From a virus, in IMG/VR virus record IMGVR_UViG_3300017991_000090, positions 20,745-84,744 of that record: a DNA stretch of 64,000 nt, one strand, 5' to 3'. Below, piece after piece: positions 18,491 through 28,015 of this stretch (position 1 is its first letter; each line of letters opens with the position of its first letter). The notes beneath the pieces were generated by a model. The model was not told the DNA's origin. It was given only the letters and a program-made list of their open reading frames with translations, and did no database searches. The translations under genes were made by a program, and so were the position numbers.

Positions 18491-21400
18491 ATGCCAGATT
18501 CTAAACAGAAGGTTTTGCAGAAGCTGTCAAAGATGGATGCTGACGCTCGCAGCAACGTGTTGATGAATACGACAGTTTCTGGCACTGTACAAAGAATACT
18601 TGAGTCCGTTGAAGATGATGAAGTTAAGCTGAAGGTCAACAAAATCTGGGTAGATAGAAAGCACAACAATAAAGACATCTCTGCTCAACAGTCGGTCAGG
18701 AATAAAGGCCAGATATGGGGAAACGATTTACGGGCAGACCTTGAGTTTGTTGACAAAACTACCGGAAAGGTTGTTGACCGGGTTCCAAATATTAAAGTTA
18801 CTAACATTCCAAAAATTACAGACCGCGGCACATTTCTCGTTAAGGGTAATGAGTACCAGTTTACAAAACAATCCAGGTTGAAGCCCGGCGTATACACAAA
18901 GCGACAGACCAATGGTGAGATAAGCTCTTTCTTCAATGTTGATAAGACCGTCGATTTTGAGCGAGGATTTAACAATAATTTCAAAATCAATTTCAACCCT
19001 GAGAAGAAAACATTCACCATGGGGTATGGCTCCAAGAACATACCTCTTATCAATGCTTTAAGAATGGTGGGTGTGAGTGAAAAGGAACTGACAGACCGAT
19101 GGGGAAAGTCGGTCTACGAAGCCAATTCAAAAGCTTATGATAAACATGCTACCAGGGACCAGAACAAATTATACGAAGCAATATTTGGCCGCCCTCCGGC
19201 AACTGGAACACCAACGGCAAAAATAAATGAAGAGATAAAAGAACGACTTTTTGTCACAGGCTTAGACCCTGAAACTACTCAAGTTACGTTGGGTAAGCCA
19301 TATAAAAATGTCAACAAAAATGTTCTGCTTGATGCATCCAATAAAATTATTGGAATACATAAAGGTGATGTTGAAGGTGACGACCGGGAAGCTCTGATAT
19401 TCAAATCCTTTTATGACATCGAAGACCATGTCAGGGAGAAGCTGGTCAAGAACAGTGGAAAAATTATCAACAATATTAAGTACAAGCTTAAAAAGAATAA
19501 ACAGATTAATAAATCAATCAGCTCCCAGGTATTTGACCCGTTCGTTATAGGTGTCGTAACCAGCAGCCAGCTGTCAAACCCACCAAACCAGACCAACACC
19601 ATGTCAATAATCGGAGAGGGTAGTAAGTTCACCGTAATGGGTGAGGGTGGTATAGGAACCACCAATGCTATCACCAATGAGACCAGGCAGATATCAAATA
19701 GTGAAGCAGGATTTATCGACCCGCTTCATACACCTGAAGGCCCGGGTATTGGAGTTGCGGTGCACAGCACTGTTGATACGATAAAAGTTGGCAATGATTT
19801 ATACAGTCGCTTTCTGTCCCCAAAGGGTGAAACGGTTATGATGCGCCCAATGGACACATGGGGTAAGAATATTGCTTTCCCGGATGAGTATGACACCTCC
19901 AGAAAAGTTCCAAAACCGAAGAAGAGGAAAGTCAGGGTTATCAATAAAGGTGATATCAAAGAGGTTGCTGCATCAAAGGTTGACAGTATCATTGCCAGCC
20001 CGTCAGGTATGTTCGACACATCTGCAAACTCAATACCATTCCTGAATTCAATCCAGGGTAACCGTGGGCTGACAGCTTCGAAAATGCAAGAGCAAGCCCT
20101 GCCGTTAAAATACCGTGAGCAGCCTGTGGTTAATATTGTTGATGAAAACGGTATGTCTATTGGCGGAATGATGGCAGAGACAATGGCACTCCCAAAGTCC
20201 CCAGCAGCTGGAACCGTAACCAAGGTAACGCCGGGTAAAATAACTATCACTGATAAAAAAGGTGCCGCACATGATGTGCAGCTTTACAATAATTTCTCAT
20301 TAAACTCAGAGAGTTTCATTCACAACGAGCCTCTTGTCAAAGAGGGCGATAAGGTTAAATCGGGACAAACTCTTGCCGACAACAATTTTACCAAAGATGG
20401 TAAAGTTGCTATCGGCACAAATCTCCGGGTGGCGTACCTTCCATACAAGGGCTACAACTATGAGGATTCCGCGGTAATGTCAGAAAGTGGCGCGAAGAAA
20501 TTAACCTCATTGCATATGCGTGATTTTAAAGTAAAGAGGTCAGCTAAAGGCACGTTCTCGAGAGATAAGTTCAAAGCGTACTACCCTGAAGAAGCAAATG
20601 CCGAACAGCTGTCGAAGCTGGACAAAGACGGTGTTATTAAAAAGGGCCAGAAAGTAGCTCGTGATGATATTCTTATTGCGCATATGGAGCGGCGCGTCCC
20701 GACAGCTGATGATAAGGCGCTTGGGCGTCTTGACAAACAGCTTATGAAAGACATGACCAATAATGCCATCAAGTGGGACAATGACCATGTTGGAAAAGTT
20801 ACCAATGTTGAGAAGCATGGTAACAGCGTCCTTGTCAGCATCAAGACCGAAGAACCCCTTCGTGAGGCTGATAAAATATCCGGGCTGCATGGCAATAAGC
20901 ACATTATATCAAAGATACTTCCCGACCATGAAATGCCTTATGACCCGAAAACCGGAAAACACATTGAGTTGACTATGAACCCGATTGGTGTATCCAATCG
21001 TATTAATACATCTCAGATTCTGGAAAATGCAGCGGGCAAAATCGCTGACAAATCAGGGAAGCAGTATAAAGTTTTAAATTTCTCTGGTGAAGATAATTCA
21101 CAAAAAGTAATGGATGATTTGAAAAAATGGGGCCTGGACGATAAAGATATTTTAATCGACCCTGAGACGGGAAAGCCTTTTTTAAACCCGGTGGCTAATG
21201 GGAAGTCAAACATCCTGAAGCTGGAACACATTGTAGAGCATAAATTCTCTTCACGATATAAAGACGGGTACGATGCAAATGAGCAGCCAGTAGCCGGTGG
21301 AAAGACCGGTGGTAAGAATCTTGCCAGAATGGAAATGGCTGCAATGCTTGCTCGCGGCGCCAATGAAAACCTGAAGGAGATGTTTCAAATTAAAGGCCAG

Positions 21401-24400
21401 AAAAATGATGAATTCTGGGAAGCCATGGAAACTGGCCAAAGCCTGCCACCGCCCAAGAAGGCATTTGTGTGGGACAAGATGCTTTCCATGATGGCTGGTT
21501 CCGGCATTAATGTGGAGCAGAAAGGGAAAACCTTTACTTTAAAGCCCATGACAGATGATGAGATATTAGCAAGGTCAAGGGGCGAGTTAAAACGCCCACA
21601 GGAAACATACCGTAAAAAAGACATGTCCCCAATGCGGGAAGGGCTGTATGACCCGGTTAAAGCTGGTGGAATGTTCGGAGATCACTACACTCATTTTGCT
21701 CTTCCGGAAAAAACCCTTAATCCAATTACCGCCGCTGCCACAGCGTCTCTTCTTAACATGCCTTTAAAGACTCTCAACAGCGTGATGGATGGTAAGCAGT
21801 TTATTGATAAAACAACCGGTGAGATAGTCAAGCCAGGTTCACGGAATGCTATATCTGGGGGGCCTGCTATTGAAATGATGCTGGAGCGTGTTAATGTTAA
21901 TAAAGAGCTGAAAAATACTCAGGAGCTGGCCCAGACTATTACCAATCCGTCAGAACTAAATAAGGCGCACCGCAAGATTAAGTATCTAAAATCGTTAAAA
22001 GACAATAAAATGAAACCAACTGATTACATGGTTTCAAACGTTCTGGTAACACCATCCAAATACCGTCCGATGGTAGCTATGGGGCCAGACAATGTAATCA
22101 TAATGTCTGATATCAACAATCTGTATCAGACGGCTGGCCACACTGCAAAAGCGCTCAAAGGCCTGAAGTCTCAATTGAAGAAAAGTGTCGGAAATGATGA
22201 TATTGAGAATCTTCAATTGGCAGAGACTCGTGGCGCAATGTACCAGGATTTGAAAGCGATATCCGGGCTGACCGAACCGACAGCATACCTTCATCGCGTT
22301 CAGGATAAGAAGGGTTTTATTACACAGATTGATGGCGGTAAAAAGAAGCAGACCAAAGAGGGTTTCTTCCAAGACCGGGTGCTTGAGCGCAGGCAGGACT
22401 TGGTCGGACGCTCTACCATTATCCTCAATCCCGACCTCGGTGGTGACGAGATTGGTCTCCCGAAAGACATGGCAACAAAAATGTTCCAGCCATTTATTAT
22501 GCGTAAATTGATTGGTTGGGGGTATAAGCCTGGTGAGGCCCAAAAGCACATTAAAGAAAAGTCTCCAATATTCGAGCGGGCACGACAGGTCGTTTCAGAT
22601 GAGAGGCTCATTATAGCAAACCGGGCACCGACGCTTCATCGGTGGAATATGACAGCCTTCAAACCAAAGCTGACAGATGGCAAATCCATTGAGGTTCCGT
22701 CTGTTGTGATTAAAGAGAATTTCGGCGGAGACTTTGACGGAGATACGTTCCAACTACACACTCCGATAAGTGCAAAAGCTCTCCGGGAGGCGGAGGCAAT
22801 GAAACCGTCAGCCAGTATGCTTAAGACCGGGTATGATTCAGTGCTGAATGCTCCTGAAGCAGATATGGTTGCTGGCAGCTGGTTAATGTCGAAGGGCAAG
22901 GGTGGGCAGAATACAAAACTAAAATTCAAAGATATTGAGGAAGCAAGGTTCGCTTTTAATAATAATAGGTTTACATACGGTGACACTATAGAGATCAATG
23001 GTCGTAAGGCTCCGTTCGGTATGCATGAAATTAATTCTGTTGTTCCAGAAGATACTCAGAAATGGGATGTTGAGCTTGATTCTAAAAATGTGCAGGATTG
23101 GGTTAAAAACGTAACCAAGAAGCACAATGGAAAGGTTGCGCTTGGTCTCGCTGATAAAATTAAAGATATTGGTAACAATTATGTTACCCAGTATGGATTT
23201 ACACTCGGGGTCTCTGATACTCTGGCTGACAAAGACCTCAGAAAAACATTGCTGGATGAAGCTTATCAGAAATCGCTTGGGCGTTCAGATAGAACTGTGG
23301 TCAAGGCGTATTCCGATGCGACAATCAAGGGCAAGAAAAAACTCGAAAAGAAATACGGTGATTCGACCATGCTCGGTGTCGGGATACAATCAGGGGCTGG
23401 TAAAGGTATTGATAATACCTCTGCTATAACGCTTATGCCCGGTATTGTCATGGATGCGAATGACCAGCCAATACCGGTTCCGATTACCAAATCATACTCA
23501 GAAGGCCTAAATACTTCAGGGTATTGGGCCGCTGCTCATGGAGCCCGCGGCGGAAGTATTAAGAAATCAGTTCAGTCTTATATGCCGGGCTGGCTGACAA
23601 AAGACCTGATGAACTCAATCTACGAAACGCGCATCCATAATGATGAGCCAGTAGATGTTGAGGGTGTCGAATACAAGATTGATGATAAGAAGGCTATAAT
23701 GAACCGATACCTTGCCCGTGATGTTAAAGACACCGGTGGTAAGATTATCGCCAAGCGCAATGAGCTTATTGACAGCGACACGATGAACAAGATGGTTCAG
23801 AATAAAGTCAAAAGTATATTTATCCAATCGCCCCTTACCGACCCAACACCAGGAGACGGGTTCTCAAGCTGGTCATATGGCACGGATTATGAGGGTAAGC
23901 GTCACAATATCGGTGACAATATCGGTGTAATCTCTGCCCATACAATTACCGAGCCGTCACTTAACCTTGCCATGAAATCGTTTCATACCGGCGGCGCTTT
24001 TAAAGGTGATGATACACACCAGAAAGGTACCCGCTTCGACCAGCTGGACAGAACATTGCGGTTTACCAGAAACCTTCCGGACAAGGCTACCCTTTCAGAT
24101 ATGAGCGGAGAGGTAAAGAGTATTTCCAAGTCTCCTATTGGAGGTTGGGACGTTGTCTTATCTGATGGAAAGAAAGAAACCAACCGGTATATTGACCCGA
24201 ACAATCGCGTCTCGGTAAAGAGGGGTGACAGGATTAAGATGGGAGACAAGCTGTCAACTGGAACTCCCAGTGCTCACGATATGTTGAAATACAAAGGTAT
24301 GAAAGATACTCAAAAGTTCCTGGTCGAACAGATTGATGACATTAATGAGGGTAAGCTCGACCGTAGAGATATTGAAACAATTGTCCGTGGGATTACCAAT

Positions 24401-24835
24401 ACAACAAGAGTGCTTGACCCTGGCTCCAGCGCATATACCCCTCACGACATCGCCCCTCTTACTGCCGTAGAGCATTATAACAATAATAACGAGAAGGAAG
24501 AAGATATTGAGCAGTCTGAGGGAGACCATCTCGCTCAGAATTATGGCACGCACAAAAAGCATCAGAAAATTGATAAGAGAACAATCGACGACCTCGGCAA
24601 AAAGGGTGTTAAGCGGGTCAAGGTCTTTAAGGATAGAATTAAACACGAGCCGTTCTTAACGCCGGCGGGTATCAGTGCGAAGGCTGCGTCTTCAGAAGAC
24701 TGGATTGCACGCCTTGCTCATAACAGAATTAGAAAAGTTCTGGAAGAAGGTACCACTCAGGGTTGGAAAACTACAATCGACCCGAAGAAAGGGCACCCGA
24801 TCCCTCAGTACGTGACAGGAGAATACACATGGTAA
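18491..24835 (+). CDS. Single-chain multisubunit-type RNA polymerase (beta-beta' fusion)
   Basis: Beta motifs HTPEG, GYNYEDS, DKISGLHGNK, MNPIGVSNRIN and KLEHIVEHK; then beta' motifs RRQDLVGRS, NRAPTLHR, GGDFDGD (catalytic), AHGARGG and EPSLNLAMKSFHTGG. Confidence 0.92.
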   Translation: MPDSKQKVLQKLSKMDADARSNVLMNTTVSGTVQRILESVEDDEVKLKVNKIWVDRKHNNKDISAQQSVRNKGQIWGNDLRADLEFVDKTTGKVVDRVPNIKVTNIPKITDRGTFLVKGNEYQFTKQSRLKPGVYTKRQTNGEISSFFNVDKTVDFERGFNNNFKINFNPEKKTFTMGYGSKNIPLINALRMVGVSEKELTDRWGKSVYEANSKAYDKHATRDQNKLYEAIFGRPPATGTPTAKINEEIKERLFVTGLDPETTQVTLGKPYKNVNKNVLLDASNKIIGIHKGDVEGDDREALIFKSFYDIEDHVREKLVKNSGKIINNIKYKLKKNKQINKSISSQVFDPFVIGVVTSSQLSNPPNQTNTMSIIGEGSKFTVMGEGGIGTTNAITNETRQISNSEAGFIDPLHTPEGPGIGVAVHSTVDTIKVGNDLYSRFLSPKGETVMMRPMDTWGKNIAFPDEYDTSRKVPKPKKRKVRVINKGDIKEVAASKVDSIIASPSGMFDTSANSIPFLNSIQGNRGLTASKMQEQALPLKYREQPVVNIVDENGMSIGGMMAETMALPKSPAAGTVTKVTPGKITITDKKGAAHDVQLYNNFSLNSESFIHNEPLVKEGDKVKSGQTLADNNFTKDGKVAIGTNLRVAYLPYKGYNYEDSAVMSESGAKKLTSLHMRDFKVKRSAKGTFSRDKFKAYYPEEANAEQLSKLDKDGVIKKGQKVARDDILIAHMERRVPTADDKALGRLDKQLMKDMTNNAIKWDNDHVGKVTNVEKHGNSVLVSIKTEEPLREADKISGLHGNKHIISKILPDHEMPYDPKTGKHIELTMNPIGVSNRINTSQILENAAGKIADKSGKQYKVLNFSGEDNSQKVMDDLKKWGLDDKDILIDPETGKPFLNPVANGKSNILKLEHIVEHKFSSRYKDGYDANEQPVAGGKTGGKNLARMEMAAMLARGANENLKEMFQIKGQKNDEFWEAMETGQSLPPPKKAFVWDKMLSMMAGSGINVEQKGKTFTLKPMTDDEILARSRGELKRPQETYRKKDMSPMREGLYDPVKAGGMFGDHYTHFALPEKTLNPITAAATASLLNMPLKTLNSVMDGKQFIDKTTGEIVKPGSRNAISGGPAIEMMLERVNVNKELKNTQELAQTITNPSELNKAHRKIKYLKSLKDNKMKPTDYMVSNVLVTPSKYRPMVAMGPDNVIIMSDINNLYQTAGHTAKALKGLKSQLKKSVGNDDIENLQLAETRGAMYQDLKAISGLTEPTAYLHRVQDKKGFITQIDGGKKKQTKEGFFQDRVLERRQDLVGRSTIILNPDLGGDEIGLPKDMATKMFQPFIMRKLIGWGYKPGEAQKHIKEKSPIFERARQVVSDERLIIANRAPTLHRWNMTAFKPKLTDGKSIEVPSVVIKENFGGDFDGDTFQLHTPISAKALREAEAMKPSASMLKTGYDSVLNAPEADMVAGSWLMSKGKGGQNTKLKFKDIEEARFAFNNNRFTYGDTIEINGRKAPFGMHEINSVVPEDTQKWDVELDSKNVQDWVKNVTKKHNGKVALGLADKIKDIGNNYVTQYGFTLGVSDTLADKDLRKTLLDEAYQKSLGRSDRTVVKAYSDATIKGKKKLEKKYGDSTMLGVGIQSGAGKGIDNTSAITLMPGIVMDANDQPIPVPITKSYSEGLNTSGYWAAAHGARGGSIKKSVQSYMPGWLTKDLMNSIYETRIHNDEPVDVEGVEYKIDDKKAIMNRYLARDVKDTGGKIIAKRNELIDSDTMNKMVQNKVKSIFIQSPLTDPTPGDGFSSWSYGTDYEGKRHNIGDNIGVISAHTITEPSLNLAMKSFHTGGAFKGDDTHQKGTRFDQLDRTLRFTRNLPDKATLSDMSGEVKSISKSPIGGWDVVLSDGKKETNRYIDPNNRVSVKRGDRIKMGDKLSTGTPSAHDMLKYKGMKDTQKFLVEQIDDINEGKLDRRDIETIVRGITNTTRVLDPGSSAYTPHDIAPLTAVEHYNNNNEKEEDIEQSEGDHLAQNYGTHKKHQKIDKRTIDDLGKKGVKRVKVFKDRIKHEPFLTPAGISAKAASSEDWIARLAHNRIRKVLEEGTTQGWKTTIDPKKGHPIPQYVTGEYTW

Positions 24836-25632
24836 TTTATGATGATATTTACAACGCCGCCTTTATTGACGAGCTTGAGAAATTGTCTGGCTGCAAAAGC
24901 CATAAAGGTGTTAAGCCTAAAAAAACAAAGCCTATTGAAAAAGTTGCCGGTAGATATGAAACAATATTAGAGCGTGCCGGCACACCATTGGTGGCGGGTT
25001 TAATGGGACTTGGTCTTGGTGGTTCTGTATTTGGCACAATAGCTCAAAAGAAAATTGAAGATATCACCCCTGAATTTGCTAAAAAGATGGAGCAGTCTTC
25101 TGCCAGTGTGAGAGACTTAAGAAAAAAAGTAAAAGAATTGCATCCTGAAGTTTCAGTAATTACCAAGAAAAAAGAGCTTAAGAAAATGAAGGACGTCAAT
25201 GTGCTGAGAAAAATACTGCTCGGTATGTTTACTCCTATTGAAGAGAACGCATTGTATTCATCCAGTAAGAAAAGCCCTATTGTAATACTTCCAGACACTG
25301 GTAAAATTAATAAGTACGTTCTCGGGCATGAGCTGGGCCACCATCGATCATATAAAGAGTTGCAGGACAAAGGGCTCTTGACTAAAATAAAAAGACATTT
25401 CGAGCCCGATTTAAAAGAAGAGCATAGGGCGTGGGAACTCTCTCCATTTGCCGGGCAGAAGCGTGAAGAGAAAATAAAAGAACTTGCCCTGCAAACTTAT
25501 ACTGAAGCTGATAAGGCCGGTAAACGGGCAAGAGCCACTGCTCTTGCGGTTGCTGCTCCAACTGCTGTTGTGGTTAATAAAGATTTGATTGTTGACGCAG
25601 TAAAGAAACTCAAAAAAATAGTAAAAAAGTAG
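24829..25632 (+). CDS. Probable virion protein with zincin HExxH motif
   Basis: Start moved to ATG 24829 (AGGAGA RBS). AFIDELEKLS N-terminal motif; GHELGHH...EEHRAW. Confidence 0.65.
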   Translation: MVIYDDIYNAAFIDELEKLSGCKSHKGVKPKKTKPIEKVAGRYETILERAGTPLVAGLMGLGLGGSVFGTIAQKKIEDITPEFAKKMEQSSASVRDLRKKVKELHPEVSVITKKKELKKMKDVNVLRKILLGMFTPIEENALYSSSKKSPIVILPDTGKINKYVLGHELGHHRSYKELQDKGLLTKIKRHFEPDLKEEHRAWELSPFAGQKREEKIKELALQTYTEADKAGKRARATALAVAAPTAVVVNKDLIVDAVKKLKKIVKK

Positions 25633-25637
25633 GTATT

Positions 25638-25943
25638 ATGAATCAAAATGTAATGACAGCCTTTTCTGGCGCAATGATAAAACTTGCCAAGAAAAGCTCA
25701 TTCGAAATTCTGAAGAAGTATAAAGTTCCTCTCACCCCAGAGGAGCGATCAACTGTAATGAAAAGGGGGGCTGTATGGCACCATGGCCCAAATGGTGAAG
25801 AGACCCCAGCTGTATGGAAATCTCATAACCCTAAAACTAAAAAGACAACTTATATTACAAACACTCACCGGGCGTACAATGCTCGACCGACGCTCCGTGG
25901 AGCAATCAGTCGTTATCATAAATTTATCAAAGGTACTGCATAA
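25638..25943 (+). CDS. Hypothetical virion-associated protein
   Basis: AFSGAMIKLA N-terminal motif shared with other right-arm proteins. Confidence 0.6.
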   Translation: MNQNVMTAFSGAMIKLAKKSSFEILKKYKVPLTPEERSTVMKRGAVWHHGPNGEETPAVWKSHNPKTKKTTYITNTHRAYNARPTLRGAISRYHKFIKGTA

Positions 25944-25946
25944 TTT

Positions 25947-27317
25947 ATGAATCATCCAACCGACACCATTAGCCAGACCCCTGTTCAGTGTATGTGCAGT
26001 GGTATTATAACCAATAAGCTCGAAGATGAGGAGTCATACGAGGTCAGCTTGTATGATTCTCCCATGCTTGGTTTTGCAGGGCCAGTCAATGCTACTCTTA
26101 TGTACAGCCCAGGAACAGATGGTAATTTTAAAAAGGGTGACTATGTAAAATTAATGGTCAGTTTTGCATTTGGTGGTGCGAAGAATGATTATGAAGGTGT
26201 TATGGCCGGAGGTAATCATTACATTTTAGGAATGTTCAATGAGCGCACCATGGCCACCAAAAGGGTGGAGAACCCATTGTCAGAAAACAGTCCTGACCAT
26301 ATGAGGTATCTGAACGCAAAAAGCGATGCTGGACTCGTTGCTACTGATAGTGGTGATGTGGTCATGGCGTCAGGTGGCGCAATACAGTTTGTTTTAAAAC
26401 CGTTCGGCTACGGCTTATCACGCAATATGAGTTACCTTGTTGCTCAGAACCATTTCCGTATCGTTTCTCATAACCCACCTAATTATTTCGCCAGAGAGCA
26501 TTTCGGCATGTATGACGGTGATAATGTTGAGGATGAAAGCGGTAGGATTTCTGAGGAAGACTTCCCGGTAATTTACCGGAGGTTTGTTACTCAGACCAGG
26601 TCGCCATATAATTGGGTTTCTACCTGCGAAGGGGCTTATGCGCCGTGGGTGGGGGCAAATATGGATGAGCCATCCGTGACCAAAAACAAAGACGTTTTGT
26701 TTACCAAAATTGTAAACTTTAGAGACACCCGGGCCACAATAGAAATCGGAAAGCCAGGCGATGAGTTTGTAAATATCCGCGTCGATGATGTCAAAGACAA
26801 TGAGAAGACGGTGCCGGTGTCTCCAGGCGCAACACCAGCCCTTGTCGGAAACCGGTTTAAGCTGACAATCAGCGATAAAGGTGAGCTTGATCTGAGGGCT
26901 GCGAGCCAGGCCAAGCCCGCTGAGAACCTGAATGCATTTCATTTAAAGATTGATGAAGACGGCCTGACTATACATTCCAAGGGTCGCATCTCTCTGTCTC
27001 ATGGTGATAATGATGAGAGTAACAACTCAATTGTTCTTGACCCGTCAAATGGTATTGATATTACCGCCTTGAACGGGGTGAGGATAAATAAGCAGGAAAT
27101 TCTTTTAAATTCATTTCTTGAATTTTTAAGCACGTATAGAAAACTGTGGTGTCAGGTAACATCCCCTGGCGGCCCGGCATTTATACACCCTGCTATTGAA
27201 CCCATCTTCGATGCTGGGATTAAAAAGTTTGCTAAAAATGGAGGATTTACATCAATCGGTAAAGATAAAGCGGCGTCAGGTTTGATTAGAGACCGTGATA
27301 GATTTCCTACGGTTTAA
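25947..27317 (+). CDS. Putative baseplate spike/Gp5-VgrG-like protein
   Basis: N-terminal OB-like segment and C-terminal short beta repeats (LTISDKGELDL, LKIDEDGLTI, IVLDPSNGIDI). Confidence 0.4.
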   Translation: MNHPTDTISQTPVQCMCSGIITNKLEDEESYEVSLYDSPMLGFAGPVNATLMYSPGTDGNFKKGDYVKLMVSFAFGGAKNDYEGVMAGGNHYILGMFNERTMATKRVENPLSENSPDHMRYLNAKSDAGLVATDSGDVVMASGGAIQFVLKPFGYGLSRNMSYLVAQNHFRIVSHNPPNYFAREHFGMYDGDNVEDESGRISEEDFPVIYRRFVTQTRSPYNWVSTCEGAYAPWVGANMDEPSVTKNKDVLFTKIVNFRDTRATIEIGKPGDEFVNIRVDDVKDNEKTVPVSPGATPALVGNRFKLTISDKGELDLRAASQAKPAENLNAFHLKIDEDGLTIHSKGRISLSHGDNDESNNSIVLDPSNGIDITALNGVRINKQEILLNSFLEFLSTYRKLWCQVTSPGGPAFIHPAIEPIFDAGIKKFAKNGGFTSIGKDKAASGLIRDRDRFPTV

Positions 27318-27377
27318 ATTTAATCGGCTGTGAATTTGAATTAAGTTAAATTATATTATATAATATGAGAGGTTAAG

Positions 27378-27695
27378 GTGCCTTTAATAAGAAAAACCGA
27401 ATCAATTGTCGGCAAGCAGGTTGTTGGCGATGTAACGAAATTCGTGCGTGATAACGCAGAGGCGCTTGAACGAGAGGCGTTCAGCAAAAAAGAAAAGTTC
27501 GAAATGACACTTGAGGAAAGTGCTAAACACCTGTCTCATGCAATAGCTTACGGTATATCAAAAGTATTATCGCATCAATTGGTTTCAACAGCTTTTGCCC
27601 AGGGAATATGCCCTGTTGGTGGTGATGTGCCGCCATATCAGGTTGGAAATAAAATATTTGATGCACTGAACGGCGTTACCAAGGAAAAGTCATGA
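27378..27695 (+). CDS. Hypothetical protein, paralog of next gene
   Basis: AIAYGISKVLS...AQGICP. Confidence 0.6.
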   Translation: MPLIRKTESIVGKQVVGDVTKFVRDNAEALEREAFSKKEKFEMTLEESAKHLSHAIAYGISKVLSHQLVSTAFAQGICPVGGDVPPYQVGNKIFDALNGVTKEKS

Positions 27696-28000
27696 CCCAG
27701 GAGCGGTTTACAAAATCAATAATGGGTCAATACCTTGAGCCTAAGATTTATAAATTTATCATGGATAATATAAATCACTTAAGGAACCGCCGTGATGTGG
27801 ATATAGAGATAGGATCTGAATTGATAGCAAACGCAATAGTGTATGGAACATCTTTAGCACTTTCAAGCAACATAATGAAAGCTGCACTTGCTGTCGGAAT
27901 AACACCATTACCAGTTGCCCCAGCCACAGTTACTCCAGGTGGGCCAATTGGACTATGGATGTATCAAACCCTGAAACCAAGTGTTATAAAAGAAACATAA
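27692..28000 (+). CDS. Hypothetical protein, paralog of previous gene
   Basis: AIVYGTSLALS...AVGITP; ATGA overlap. Confidence 0.6.
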   Translation: MTQERFTKSIMGQYLEPKIYKFIMDNINHLRNRRDVDIEIGSELIANAIVYGTSLALSSNIMKAALAVGITPLPVAPATVTPGGPIGLWMYQTLKPSVIKET

Positions 28001-28015
28001 ACAAGGACATAAAAT

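Noticed and set aside
18491-24835. Cellular rpoBC locus, i.e. bacterial chromosome
   Set aside because: No ribosomal protein neighbours, much shorter and diverged, and embedded among terminase and capsid genes.
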